Source: Candidatus Limnocylindrus sp. (GTDB lineage Bacteria; Chloroflexota; Limnocylindria; Limnocylindrales; Limnocylindraceae). Taken from it: 64,000 nucleotides of DNA. Positions 53,660-62,889 of the stretch are shown here, one piece after another. The position numbers and the translations under genes were made by a program. The first letter of the stretch is position 1; each line of letters begins with the position of its first letter. A model generated the notes under the pieces. That model had not been told where the DNA came from. It saw only the letters and a program-made list of their open reading frames with translations, and searched no databases. The stretch spans positions 281,976 to 345,975 of the forward strand of contig JBBAWM010000001.1 in assembly GCA_040397175.1 (NCBI GenBank). The letters run 5' to 3'.

Positions 53660-54949
53660 ATGACAACGCGAGCGGCGACGCCGCCGCTGCCGATTCGCGA
53701 GCACCGCCTCGCCAATGGCCTACGCCTCTTCTTGATCGTTGACCGCACGGCACCGGTTGCGGCCGTGAACATTTGGTATCACGTCGGTTCAAAAGACGAA
53801 CGTGCCGGGCGCACCGGATTCGCGCACCTCTTCGAGCACCTCATGTTCCAAGGCTCCGAGAACGTGACGAAGGCGGAGCACCTCACGCTTGTTGAGTCAA
53901 TCGGTGGAGAAGGGAACGCCACCACCTGGCTCGACCGCACCAACTACTTCGCCACCGTGCCAGCGGAATGGGCGGAGCTAATCCTCTGGATGGAGGCCGA
54001 TCGGCTCGGCACGCTCTTGACCCCGCTCGACCAGGCGAACCTCGACAACCAACGCGATGTGGTGAAGAACGAGAAGCGCTCCAGCTACGACAACCAGCCG
54101 TACGGCAGCGCCTACATCGAACTCTTCGCCCTCGCGTACCCGAAGGGGCACCCGTACCATCACCCAACGATCGGCTCCATGGAAGACCTGGATGCCGCGT
54201 CGCTTGACGACGTCCGCAGCTTCTTCAGCACCTGGTACGCACCAAATAATGCTGTCCTTACCGTAGTGGGCGACATCGATGAGGAGGAGATCATCGCGGC
54301 CGTGGAGCGACACTTCGGTGCGATCCCAGCAAACCCCGCGCTGCCGGCGCATCCTGACCTCGCGTTGAGCGCGCCGCTCGGCGGTGAGATTCGTAAGACG
54401 ATTCACGACAAGGTTCCCGAGGCGCGAGTGCACTTTGCCTTCCGCGCTCCGGTGCTCAGCGCACCGCTAATTCCCGCAATTGAGATCGCCACGCAGATTC
54501 TTGCCGGAGGGAAGGGGAGTCGCCTTTACCGCCGCCTCGTTCGCGATGAGCAGGTCGCGCAGGATATGAGCCTCTCGCTCCTCCCATTCGTCGGTGGGGC
54601 ATCAATCATTGTTGGCGCCGCAACGGTGCGCCCCGGCGCTACGAACGAGGCGGTAGAGCGCGCCTTCGTGGAAGAGTTGGAGCGCCTCGCCGCCGAAGGC
54701 CCAACGGCGGCAGAGCTCGAGCGTGCGAAGGCGCTCACAGAGTCCGAAGAGCTGCTGGCACGATCTGACCCAGAGGAGCTCGCCGATGCGGTCGGCATGT
54801 ACGTCACCCTGCTCAACGATCCGGGTCGCATTAATCGCGATCTTGACCTTGCCCTAGCCGTAACGGCCGACCAAGTGCAGACGGCGGCAAAACTCTTCGC
54901 CAAGGAGAACCGCATCGTGCTCTGGTACGTGCCGAAAGAGAAGTCATGA
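53660..54949 (+). CDS. M16B zinc peptidase, catalytic subunit
   Basis: TGFAHLFEHLMF (HxxEH), NATT, DRTNY and NEKR; ATG 53660. Confidence 0.93.
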   Translation: MTTRAATPPLPIREHRLANGLRLFLIVDRTAPVAAVNIWYHVGSKDERAGRTGFAHLFEHLMFQGSENVTKAEHLTLVESIGGEGNATTWLDRTNYFATVPAEWAELILWMEADRLGTLLTPLDQANLDNQRDVVKNEKRSSYDNQPYGSAYIELFALAYPKGHPYHHPTIGSMEDLDAASLDDVRSFFSTWYAPNNAVLTVVGDIDEEEIIAAVERHFGAIPANPALPAHPDLALSAPLGGEIRKTIHDKVPEARVHFAFRAPVLSAPLIPAIEIATQILAGGKGSRLYRRLVRDEQVAQDMSLSLLPFVGGASIIVGAATVRPGATNEAVERAFVEELERLAAEGPTAAELERAKALTESEELLARSDPEELADAVGMYVTLLNDPGRINRDLDLALAVTADQVQTAAKLFAKENRIVLWYVPKEKS

Positions 54950-56331
54950 GTACGCGATCCGTGCGGCCCGGGCCAGGAGCACCACGCACGTGGCGTTTCC
55001 CGCGCGCCATTGAACGAGTGACGATTGCTGGGATGCGCGTGATCCTGCTGCCGATGCCATCACGCCCGATCGCTTCGATTCAGATGCTGTTTGGTGGCGG
55101 TGCCGCGGGGGAGCGACCAGAAGAGTCGGGACTCTCCGCGCTGTTGGCGCGCCTGCTCACCGAGGGGACAGAGCACCACGACGCCGATGGGCTCATCGAG
55201 GCGGGCGAGTTGCTCGGCGCATCGATCGGGGCTGAATCGGGCTGGGAGAGCCTCACCGTTGGCGCTGGGGCACCTGCCTCACGCCTCGCTGGCGTCTTTG
55301 ATTTGATGGCCGAGATTGCACTCACCCCGCGTATCCCCGAAGCGGACGTGGAGCGGCTGAAAGCGTTGCGACTCGCCGCAATCAAGCAGGCGCATGCGAG
55401 CCCGCGGAGCCGCGCAGTTGATGCGCTCTCGGCAGCCCTCTACGCACCAGAGGCCGCCTACAGTCGACCCTTTGCCGGAACGGCTGATGGCGTCGCGCGG
55501 ATTACCCGCGACCAGGTCGTTGCGCGTCACCAAGAGATTCTGCGCATCGGCACCCCAACGCTGGTGCTCGCCGGTGACATTGATGTAGATGCAGCCTTCG
55601 CGCTGATTGAGGCGAGCCGCCTCAGCGAGATCACGGCAGGTGGTGGCACCTGGGGTCGCGGCGAGCCAGATCGCGCGGCACTCGCGTCGCCTGCACTTGG
55701 CTCCGCGCCACTGGTGAACGTGTTGGATCGACCCGGTTCAGTGCAGTCTGAGATTCGCATTGGTCGCATCGGTCGCTCGCGACTCGACGCGAATCACCAC
55801 GCGGCACTCGTCTACGCCGAGATCATCGGTGGCCTCTTCGGCTCTCGTTTGAATCGCGTGCTACGCGAAGAGAAGGGCTACACCTACGGCGCCGGCGCAC
55901 GATTCGACCTGCGCCGTGGGCGTGGACCGTTCATGGCAGGCACGGCGGTGGAGACGGGCGTGACCGCTCCTGCACTCGCCGAGGCGCGACGCCAGCTCGC
56001 CACGATGCAGAGCGCTCCACCAACCGACGAAGAGTTGACGGAGGCGCGCGACTATCTCTGCGGAACCTTCCCGCTGCGTTTTGGCACCGCCACGCCAGTT
56101 GCCAGCATGGCGGCGGCGCTCACCGTGCTTGGGCTCTCACCAGATGAGCCGGATCACTTCCGTGAGCGCGTTGCCGCCGTTGACCGCGCGGCCATCGCGC
56201 TGATTGCCGATGAGTTGGCCGCCTCTGCGGAGAAGATCATCGTCGTAGGTGACGCTGCCTCAATCACCGCGCCGCTTGAGGCTGAAGGTTTCATTGTGCA
56301 GGTCGAATCAGATAGTCCGGCCTCAGCATGA
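54946..56331 (+). CDS. M16B peptidase, non-catalytic partner subunit
   Basis: No HxxEH; SRLNRVLREEKGYTYG; ATGA coupling. Confidence 0.88.
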   Translation: MSTRSVRPGPGAPRTWRFPRAIERVTIAGMRVILLPMPSRPIASIQMLFGGGAAGERPEESGLSALLARLLTEGTEHHDADGLIEAGELLGASIGAESGWESLTVGAGAPASRLAGVFDLMAEIALTPRIPEADVERLKALRLAAIKQAHASPRSRAVDALSAALYAPEAAYSRPFAGTADGVARITRDQVVARHQEILRIGTPTLVLAGDIDVDAAFALIEASRLSEITAGGGTWGRGEPDRAALASPALGSAPLVNVLDRPGSVQSEIRIGRIGRSRLDANHHAALVYAEIIGGLFGSRLNRVLREEKGYTYGAGARFDLRRGRGPFMAGTAVETGVTAPALAEARRQLATMQSAPPTDEELTEARDYLCGTFPLRFGTATPVASMAAALTVLGLSPDEPDHFRERVAAVDRAAIALIADELAASAEKIIVVGDAASITAPLEAEGFIVQVESDSPASA

Positions 56332-56876
56332 TCGTGGTGGTTGGCACCGTACGCGCTCGCGCCGAAGGGGCAACCTACGGTCTTGGCAGCTACGCCACGA
56401 CGGTGGCCCTCGCCCTCGCCGCCACCGGGGAGCCTGTTGAGATGGTGAGCAAGGTCGGCGCTGATGCAGCGGGTGATGCGGTGATCACGCAGCTGGCAGC
56501 CGCGGGGATCGGCCACGTGGCCCTCATTCGTGACGGCGCGTTGGCGACCGCTGTGGATGGGGCGGGTTCGCTTGAGATGGATGCCGCCGATCTGCAATTG
56601 GCGCTGCGCTACCTCACGAGCTTCGATGCGGTGCTCTTGGTTGATCCTTCTGATGACTCGGTGGTTGCCACCGTTCTCGAGGCGTGCGCCTATGTCGGCG
56701 CGCGGCTTGTGGTGACGAAGCCTGAGGGGTCGACCCCTACAGGAGTGCCGAGGGGCGAGCGCGGCGACACACCGCCGCCGCTTGAGGTGGAGCACCCAGC
56801 GGGAGATCCCGCCGCCGTGACCGACCTTTTGGTGGCGCTCCTCCTTCCTGATCGCGAGTCGCCTGCCGCCTCGTAG
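56328..56876 (+). CDS. Truncated PfkB/ribokinase-like protein
   Basis: GSYATTVALALA...KVGADAAGD...L...GI matches PfkB signature 1; C-terminal DTxGAGD is absent. Confidence 0.6.
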   Translation: MIVVVGTVRARAEGATYGLGSYATTVALALAATGEPVEMVSKVGADAAGDAVITQLAAAGIGHVALIRDGALATAVDGAGSLEMDAADLQLALRYLTSFDAVLLVDPSDDSVVATVLEACAYVGARLVVTKPEGSTPTGVPRGERGDTPPPLEVEHPAGDPAAVTDLLVALLLPDRESPAAS

Positions 56877-56898
56877 CGCATCGCGTACGCTTCAGTAG

Positions 56899-58116
56899 AT
56901 GAGTGAAGTGCTGCAGCCACTATCCGAAGTGACCGACCTAGCAAGCCGCATGGAGCTCGGCGTTGATGCGCTCGATCGCGGGGACGCGGAGGGGGCGGCT
57001 CTCGCCTTCGCCGCCGCTGTCGCCGGTGCCACACCAAGCGACGATCGCGCCCTCGCCGAACGTGCCGCCTATGGCGCCGCTGAGGCGCTGCTGCGCCTGG
57101 AGCGCGACGACGAGGCTGCCGAATATCTCGAGATCGCCGCGCACTCCGAGGACCGAGAGTTGCGATTCTTGGCCCTCCGTCGCCGCGCGATGGAGGAGGT
57201 CCGTCGCGGCGAACTCCGTGTCGCCCTTGCCACCTACCGCCAGGCCGAGGGGGACGCCCCAACCAGTGCCGCGCGCGCTGAGATCGCCTCGCGCATCGGC
57301 TGGCTAACCAAGGAGACGGGTGGCTCATCAATGCGTGCCCAGGCGGCATTCCGACGTGCCCGGGGCGTCCCTTCGGGGGCCTGGGTGCCGCGTGCGCTCC
57401 TCGCCGTCACCATCGTGCTCTCGGTCATGACAAAGCTCGACCCGGCGCTTGCTGAGACGTTCGCGCTCATCAAACTTACGCCTGATGGATTCGACTATCT
57501 CTCGGGTAGCCCTTGGCGCCTCGTTACCGTGGCGTTCGTCCACGGAGGCATTAATCCGGACTGGCAGTCGTGGGCGCTGCATCTCGGCTTCAACGCCATC
57601 GCCCTCGACATTGCCGCACAGCTTGTCTATCGCCTCTATGGCGCGAAGCGCCTTATCACGTGGTACCTGCTCGGTGTGATCGGCGCATCGCTTGTAAGTG
57701 CAATTTGGACGCCTATCGGCTACTCGGTTGGTGCTTCTGGTGGTGTATTCGCCCTCTTCGGCATTGCCCTTGGTGCCGAGTGGGCACATCGCCCGCTCGT
57801 TGAACGCGGTATGCGTGAAGCACTTGGACGTGTCGGTACTCTGCTGTTCATCAACATCGTGCTCGGTTTTAGTGTCGGTGTGATCGGCGGTGGAATCGAC
57901 AACTCGGCACACATTGGTGGCTTGTTTACAGGCCTGATTCTTGGTGCGCTCATTCCGCCAACACGTGCCGAGGCGATGCGCCGTCGCTGGACTTCCGCAG
58001 TTGCGACGTGGCGCGGAGGTGGGCTTGTAATTAGCGCTCTAGTTCTCTTCGCGTTCATTGCTATTTACCTGAATTGGCTTGAACTCGTTCGCCTACGTCA
58101 GTTACTTCCGTTCTAG
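56899..58116 (+). CDS. Rhomboid intramembrane serine protease with N-terminal TPR-like domain
   Basis: PWRLVT..FVH, HLGFN, GASG and AHIGG; Ala/Glu-rich helical repeats at the N-terminus. Confidence 0.9.
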   Translation: MSEVLQPLSEVTDLASRMELGVDALDRGDAEGAALAFAAAVAGATPSDDRALAERAAYGAAEALLRLERDDEAAEYLEIAAHSEDRELRFLALRRRAMEEVRRGELRVALATYRQAEGDAPTSAARAEIASRIGWLTKETGGSSMRAQAAFRRARGVPSGAWVPRALLAVTIVLSVMTKLDPALAETFALIKLTPDGFDYLSGSPWRLVTVAFVHGGINPDWQSWALHLGFNAIALDIAAQLVYRLYGAKRLITWYLLGVIGASLVSAIWTPIGYSVGASGGVFALFGIALGAEWAHRPLVERGMREALGRVGTLLFINIVLGFSVGVIGGGIDNSAHIGGLFTGLILGALIPPTRAEAMRRRWTSAVATWRGGGLVISALVLFAFIAIYLNWLELVRLRQLLPF

Positions 58117-58118
58117 GC

Positions 58119-58700
58119 ATGTTCGCTACGCTTCTCGATCCAGCGGCGTTTTGTTCCGAACCCGACATCGCTGGTGGAATCGACTTTGTTGAGGCCCCAG
58201 AGCTGACGTCAGCGGATCCGGAAGCGCATGAGCAGCTCGCTGCACGACTCAAGACGCTCGCGGGCAGTCACCGCGCCCTTCTGCCGGTGGGTGGAAACCT
58301 CATCGCCATAAGCCGCGATCAGTGGCTGCAGATTCCCGCTGAGAGCCTGGTGATCAATCCGATCCGCGACCCAGAGTCATGGAGCGCTGCGGCTACGTGG
58401 CCGGGAGATCGTGGGCTGGTCCTCGCGCTCGTTCCTGCGCCAGGCGATGAGGAGCCGGAGCCAGTGGAGATCTTACTCTGGGCGGTGCGATACGCCGCAT
58501 CGCTCGGCGGGCGAGGCCTTGATCGCGTGGCAGTAGCTGGCATGCTGCCAATCACAAAGGGTGCACCTGATCCAGCTGAGGCGGAGAGGCGCATCGCCCT
58601 GCTGGAACGCGTGGTGCAACTCTCTGCCGCGAATCAGGAGACGCTGCGCGCCGAACTTGACCCACGCGCCTTTCAGCCAATTTCCCGGCCACAGCGATGA
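58119..58700 (+). CDS. Hypothetical protein, weakly resembling the C-terminal part of a MetE/URO-D barrel
   Basis: LVLALVP...EPVEIL...GLDRVAVA...AERRIALL spacing; coupled to neighbours; no Zn ligands evident. Confidence 0.5.
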   Translation: MFATLLDPAAFCSEPDIAGGIDFVEAPELTSADPEAHEQLAARLKTLAGSHRALLPVGGNLIAISRDQWLQIPAESLVINPIRDPESWSAAATWPGDRGLVLALVPAPGDEEPEPVEILLWAVRYAASLGGRGLDRVAVAGMLPITKGAPDPAEAERRIALLERVVQLSAANQETLRAELDPRAFQPISRPQR

Positions 58701-59365
58701 TTGAGGTGCAGGTTCTGCCAATCGGACCGCTGCGCACCAACGTGGTAGTCGTTGGCGATCCGGAGCGGCGCGAGGCGATCGTTGTTGATCCTGCGATCCC
58801 GTCACTGGCTGCACTCACGGCGTACCTTGCGGAGCGCAATTGGCGCTTAGTCTTGGCGCTCGCCACCCACGGGCACTGGGATCACATGGGCGAGATGGCT
58901 GCGCTCGCGGCGCACCATACAGCGCACCATCACGAAGTGCTACCGATCGGCGTGCACCCGCTCGACCGCTATCGCCTTGTGGAGCCGCAACCGCTCGCCG
59001 CACCGTTTCCGATCCCGGCGGTCGTGCCCACACGCGACCTGAACGATGGTGATCGCATTTCCGCGGGGAGCATCAACTTCACGGTGCTCCACACGCCCGG
59101 CCACACCGAGGGGTCTATCTCCCTGTTTGACCAGAGTGCAGGATTGCTACTGAGCGGCGACACCCTCTTCTTCGGCGGGTGGGGGAGGACCGACCTTCCC
59201 GGCGGTGACGCTGCGGCAATGCTCAACTCGCTCTCACGGCTGCGAACACTTGACCCTGCGACACGGGTGATTCCAGGGCACGGCCGAGAGACGATGATCA
59301 GCACCGAAACAGCGTGGATCGACAACTCCATTCGCACGAAGAGCCTGACGGCGGATCGCACATGA
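58697..59365 (+). CDS. MBL-fold metallohydrolase (glyoxalase II/YcbL-like)
   Basis: THGHWDH, HTPGHT, SGDTLF, GRTDL and PGHG. Confidence 0.92.
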   Translation: MIEVQVLPIGPLRTNVVVVGDPERREAIVVDPAIPSLAALTAYLAERNWRLVLALATHGHWDHMGEMAALAAHHTAHHHEVLPIGVHPLDRYRLVEPQPLAAPFPIPAVVPTRDLNDGDRISAGSINFTVLHTPGHTEGSISLFDQSAGLLLSGDTLFFGGWGRTDLPGGDAAAMLNSLSRLRTLDPATRVIPGHGRETMISTETAWIDNSIRTKSLTADRT

Positions 59366-60093
59366 GCCACGACGCGCTGCGGAAACTGGTGTCGGCTGGA
59401 GCGGTCAGTGCGACGCTGGCGGCGCACGTTACCGCCCTCGCCGACGCGGGCGTCCCCATCGTCGTGACAGGGAGTGCCTCCGCGGAGCGCCGCGATGCAT
59501 TCGCTGAGGCAATCGCCGCCGCCTCGCCCCTCCCCGCTGGCGCTGAGAGCGCCGAAATTAAGATCGCGCCCGAAGAGGCGTTCGTCTGGCTCGCCGATCC
59601 GTCAGGAGTGGGTTGTCTCGTTGCTGGTGCCGGAGGCGCGCCGCGGAGTCCGCGTTCCACACGTCTCATTGCCCACGGCCTCATCGAGCGCTTGAGCGCA
59701 GCGACCACCAAAGCCGTCGTTCGATCACTGGTGCGTGGCTTCCCGCTCATCGCAACGGCCCCGGGTCGCGATCTCGCTGAGCTGCTTGATCTGCTGCGCG
59801 GTGCAAACCTGCGGGTGCCAGAAGACGATCTGCATCGCCTCGGGCTGGTGATTGTGCTCGGAGCGGGTTCAGCCACAGCGAGCCACGTCGAATCGGCGCA
59901 CCTGCTGCGTCCGCCCGCGCTTGATGGGGGAGCGCGACGTCCGCCGGCACTCCTTGCAACCTGGAGCGGCCCGGGGAGTTGGGACGATTTCGCGTGGGCA
60001 GCGCTCCCAGAGCTTGCGGCACGGGTCGGCTTCACGCAGGCCGTATTCAACAGTCAGCTGGCGGCACGCGAGCAGGAGCTGGCGGCTCCCTAG
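59362..60093 (+). CDS. Hypothetical protein resembling a degenerate VirB11/CpaF/TadA ATPase C-domain
   Basis: LRKLVSAGAVS..LA.....VPIVVTG followed by SASAERRD in place of Walker A; ATGA coupling at 59362. Confidence 0.5.
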   Translation: MSHDALRKLVSAGAVSATLAAHVTALADAGVPIVVTGSASAERRDAFAEAIAAASPLPAGAESAEIKIAPEEAFVWLADPSGVGCLVAGAGGAPRSPRSTRLIAHGLIERLSAATTKAVVRSLVRGFPLIATAPGRDLAELLDLLRGANLRVPEDDLHRLGLVIVLGAGSATASHVESAHLLRPPALDGGARRPPALLATWSGPGSWDDFAWAALPELAARVGFTQAVFNSQLAAREQELAAP

Positions 60094-60129
60094 AACCAAG
60101 CGCGCTCCGATTCGCGCTACGATTCGCCC

Positions 60130-61527
60130 ATGAGCCGCATAGCCACCTCACCTGCATCCCTGCGGCAACTTCTTAGCGCGTCGCTGCGCGTTACGACTGC
60201 GGGCACGGTAGAGATTCTCGACGTAGCGCACCTGCGCCAGAGCGGCGCCGCGACCATCGCCTGGAGCGCCGCCTTCTCCACCGATGAGGCAACGGTCGCC
60301 GCAGCGCAGTGGCTCGCCCGCGCTGCAGCAGCCGCGGCGGGAATCCAGAGCGCCAGCATCGCGCCGCTCTACGCGGCACGGTCGAACGGCGCCTACGAAG
60401 GCCTCACCGTGCCAGCGCTTAACCTGCGCAGCCAAGTCTTTGAGATGTCACGTACTGCGCTGGAGACCGCCGCCGCAATGGATGGCGCTGCGCTCATCTT
60501 CGAGTTAGCACGCTCCGAGCAGACCTACACGTTCCAGCGCCCCGCCGATTACGCCGCGAGCATCCTCTGCGGCGCGATCGCTGCCGGTTGGCGTGGGCCA
60601 GTCTTCATTCAAGGGGACCACTACCAATTCGTTGCCAAGAAGTACGCGACCGACCCTGAAGGGGTCGCCGCTGAGATTGCACGTGCCTGCCGTCTCGCGG
60701 TTGATGCGGGCTACCGAAACATCGACATCGATGCCTCAACGCTCGTCGATCTCTCGCTCCCAACGGTGCCAGAGCAGCAACGCGTGAATGCCGTTCGCAC
60801 CGCAGAGGCGGTCGCGCTCGTGCGCGAGCTGGAGCCCGCCGGGATTGAGATCAGCATGGGTGGTGAAATCGGTGAGGTGGGGCATCAGAACTCCACCGCC
60901 GAAGAGCTTGCCGCCTATCTCGACGAGTTTGATGTTGCCCTCGCCAGCCGCCGCGCTGGAGCGCGCGGCCTGCGCAAGGTGTCGGTGCAGACCGGTACCA
61001 GCCACGGCGGCGTGCCGCTCCCAGGCGGTGGCGTCGCCGAGGTTGCCCTCGACTTCACGGTGCTCAAAGAGCTCGGCGAACTGGCTCGCGCCCGCGGCCT
61101 TGCCGGCGCGGTGCAGCATGGCGCTTCGACACTCCCCGAAGATCTCTTCCATCGCTTCCCAGAGGTTGGTGCCGCAGAGATCCACCTCGCCACCGGTTTC
61201 CAGAACATCCTGCTCGACCACCCGGCACTCGATGCCAACTTGCGTGCCGAGATCACCGCGTGGCTTCGTGCCAACGCCGCCGATGAGGCGAAACCTGGCG
61301 ATAGCGACGAGCAGTTCCTCTATCGCACGCGCAAGAAGGCGCTCGGGCCATTCAAGCAGGCGCTCTGGGAGGCGGCCGGTACGCCAGAGATCCTCGAGAC
61401 GCAGCGTGCGAAGTTCCAGTCACTCTTCTCGCAACTTGGTGTCAGTGGCTCGCGCGCGCTCGTGGAGCGCTACGTACCTGAGGTGGCGGATCCACTTCCG
61501 CCTGCGCCAGCCGACCTGCTGAGTTAG
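60130..61527 (+). CDS. Class II fructose-bisphosphate aldolase-like protein, long form
   Basis: QGDH, DIDAS, GEIGEVG, GTSHGG, VQHGAS and EIHLATG. Confidence 0.8.
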   Translation: MSRIATSPASLRQLLSASLRVTTAGTVEILDVAHLRQSGAATIAWSAAFSTDEATVAAAQWLARAAAAAAGIQSASIAPLYAARSNGAYEGLTVPALNLRSQVFEMSRTALETAAAMDGAALIFELARSEQTYTFQRPADYAASILCGAIAAGWRGPVFIQGDHYQFVAKKYATDPEGVAAEIARACRLAVDAGYRNIDIDASTLVDLSLPTVPEQQRVNAVRTAEAVALVRELEPAGIEISMGGEIGEVGHQNSTAEELAAYLDEFDVALASRRAGARGLRKVSVQTGTSHGGVPLPGGGVAEVALDFTVLKELGELARARGLAGAVQHGASTLPEDLFHRFPEVGAAEIHLATGFQNILLDHPALDANLRAEITAWLRANAADEAKPGDSDEQFLYRTRKKALGPFKQALWEAAGTPEILETQRAKFQSLFSQLGVSGSRALVERYVPEVADPLPPAPADLLS

Positions 61528-61543
61528 GCGGGGGAGCCCCGCC
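61527..61543. terminator. GC hairpin between convergent genes (possible terminator)
   Basis: GGCGGGG-GAG-CCCCGCC; no U-tract. Confidence 0.4.
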
Positions 61544-61548
61544 AGGAG

Positions 61549-62889
61549 TTAGCTGCGGGTCACGCCTGCGGCGTCGAGCGACTCTTCCAGAATCTTCAGC
61601 GCGAGGTCAACCTCTGCCGCCGTGGTGACGAGCGGCGGAATAATGCGAATCACCTGCGTGTAGGAGCCGGCGGAGAGCAGCAGCAGCTTGCGCTTGTTCG
61701 CCTCGGCGATGACGCGCTTCACTGCCCCAGCATCAGGGGCTCGACCGTCGCCAGCACCGGGCTGAACAAACTCCAAGGCGATCATCAGGCCAAGGCCGCG
61801 CACATCGCCAATGCCAGGGCGACCGGCGGTGATCTTCTTCAAGCCATCGAGCATCTGCGTGCCACGAGCGGCGGCATTCGCAACGAGACCCTCATCCTCG
61901 ATCACATCAAGTGTTGCAAGGGCGGCGGCGCAGGCCACAACGTTGCCGCCGTAGGTGCCGCCGTGTGTGCCCGGCTCCCAGGTGTCGAGAAGATCCTTGC
62001 GGGCGATGATCCCCGAGAGGGGGAGGCCCGAGGCGATCCCCTTCGCCATCACCAAGATGTCTGGCTCCACGTTCTGGTGCTGCACGGCGAACATCTTGCC
62101 GGTGCGCCCGTAGCCGGTCTGCACCTCGTCGGCGATCAGCAGAATGCCGAGCTCGCGGGTGAGTTCGCGCAGACGCGGCAGGAAGCCGGCGGGTGGCACG
62201 ACGTAGCCCCCTTCGCCAAGGATCGGCTCAACGATGACGGCGGCAACATCTTCGGCACTGGCAAGGGTGTGCAGTGTGAGATCCCACTCCTCCTCCCAAC
62301 GGCAGCTGCACCCGGCGCAGGCGCCAGGGGCACCCGCAACGGCATGATCCCGCGCCGCAACTGGTGCACGGAAGCAGGAGGGGAATGCGGTGCTGTAGAC
62401 CGAGCCGGGGAGCGGCTCGAAGTGGCCGCGGTAGACGTTCTTCGCCGTGGTCATCGCCATCGTCTGCGCAGTGCGACCGTGGTATCCGCCGCGGAAGGTG
62501 AGAATCACGCGACGCTTGGTGGCGCGTCGCGCCAACTTCACCGCCGCCTCGACCGCCTCGGAGCCAGAGTTCGAGAGGAAGACGCCCCACGGACCACCAT
62601 CGAGCACCGTGCTCAGTCGCTCGTGAAGTCGCAGCCCCGGCTCATGGAAGACGATGTTCTGTTGACCGTGGATCAACTTCGTGGCCTGCTCGGCAATGGC
62701 CGCGGCAACCTTCGGGTGTGCATGCCCCGTGTTCACCACGCCAATCCCCGAGGTGTAGTCGAGCCACCGCACGCCGCTGCGATCGATCAGCCACGAGCCC
62801 TCGCCGCGATCCACATCAACATTTGCAGCGCGACCCCACACGGAAGAGATCACGTTGTGGGGCGGAATTGGCCCGCGATCGCCGCTCAC
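61549..62889 (-). CDS. Class III PLP aminotransferase (4-aminobutyrate/putrescine aminotransferase-like)
   Basis: NSGSEAVE, YHGRT, EPILGEGG, DEVQTG, MAKG and GGTYGGN; GTG 62889 overlaps the permease stop. Confidence 0.9.
   Translation of the reverse strand: MSGDRGPIPPHNVISSVWGRAANVDVDRGEGSWLIDRSGVRWLDYTSGIGVVNTGHAHPKVAAAIAEQATKLIHGQQNIVFHEPGLRLHERLSTVLDGGPWGVFLSNSGSEAVEAAVKLARRATKRRVILTFRGGYHGRTAQTMAMTTAKNVYRGHFEPLPGSVYSTAFPSCFRAPVAARDHAVAGAPGACAGCSCRWEEEWDLTLHTLASAEDVAAVIVEPILGEGGYVVPPAGFLPRLRELTRELGILLIADEVQTGYGRTGKMFAVQHQNVEPDILVMAKGIASGLPLSGIIARKDLLDTWEPGTHGGTYGGNVVACAAALATLDVIEDEGLVANAAARGTQMLDGLKKITAGRPGIGDVRGLGLMIALEFVQPGAGDGRAPDAGAVKRVIAEANKRKLLLLSAGSYTQVIRIIPPLVTTAAEVDLALKILEESLDAAGVTRS

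Noticed and set aside
57450-58116. More T-rich sequence in the rhomboid domain suggesting horizontal transfer
   Set aside because: Largely explained by hydrophobic TM codons; no boundaries or mobility genes.
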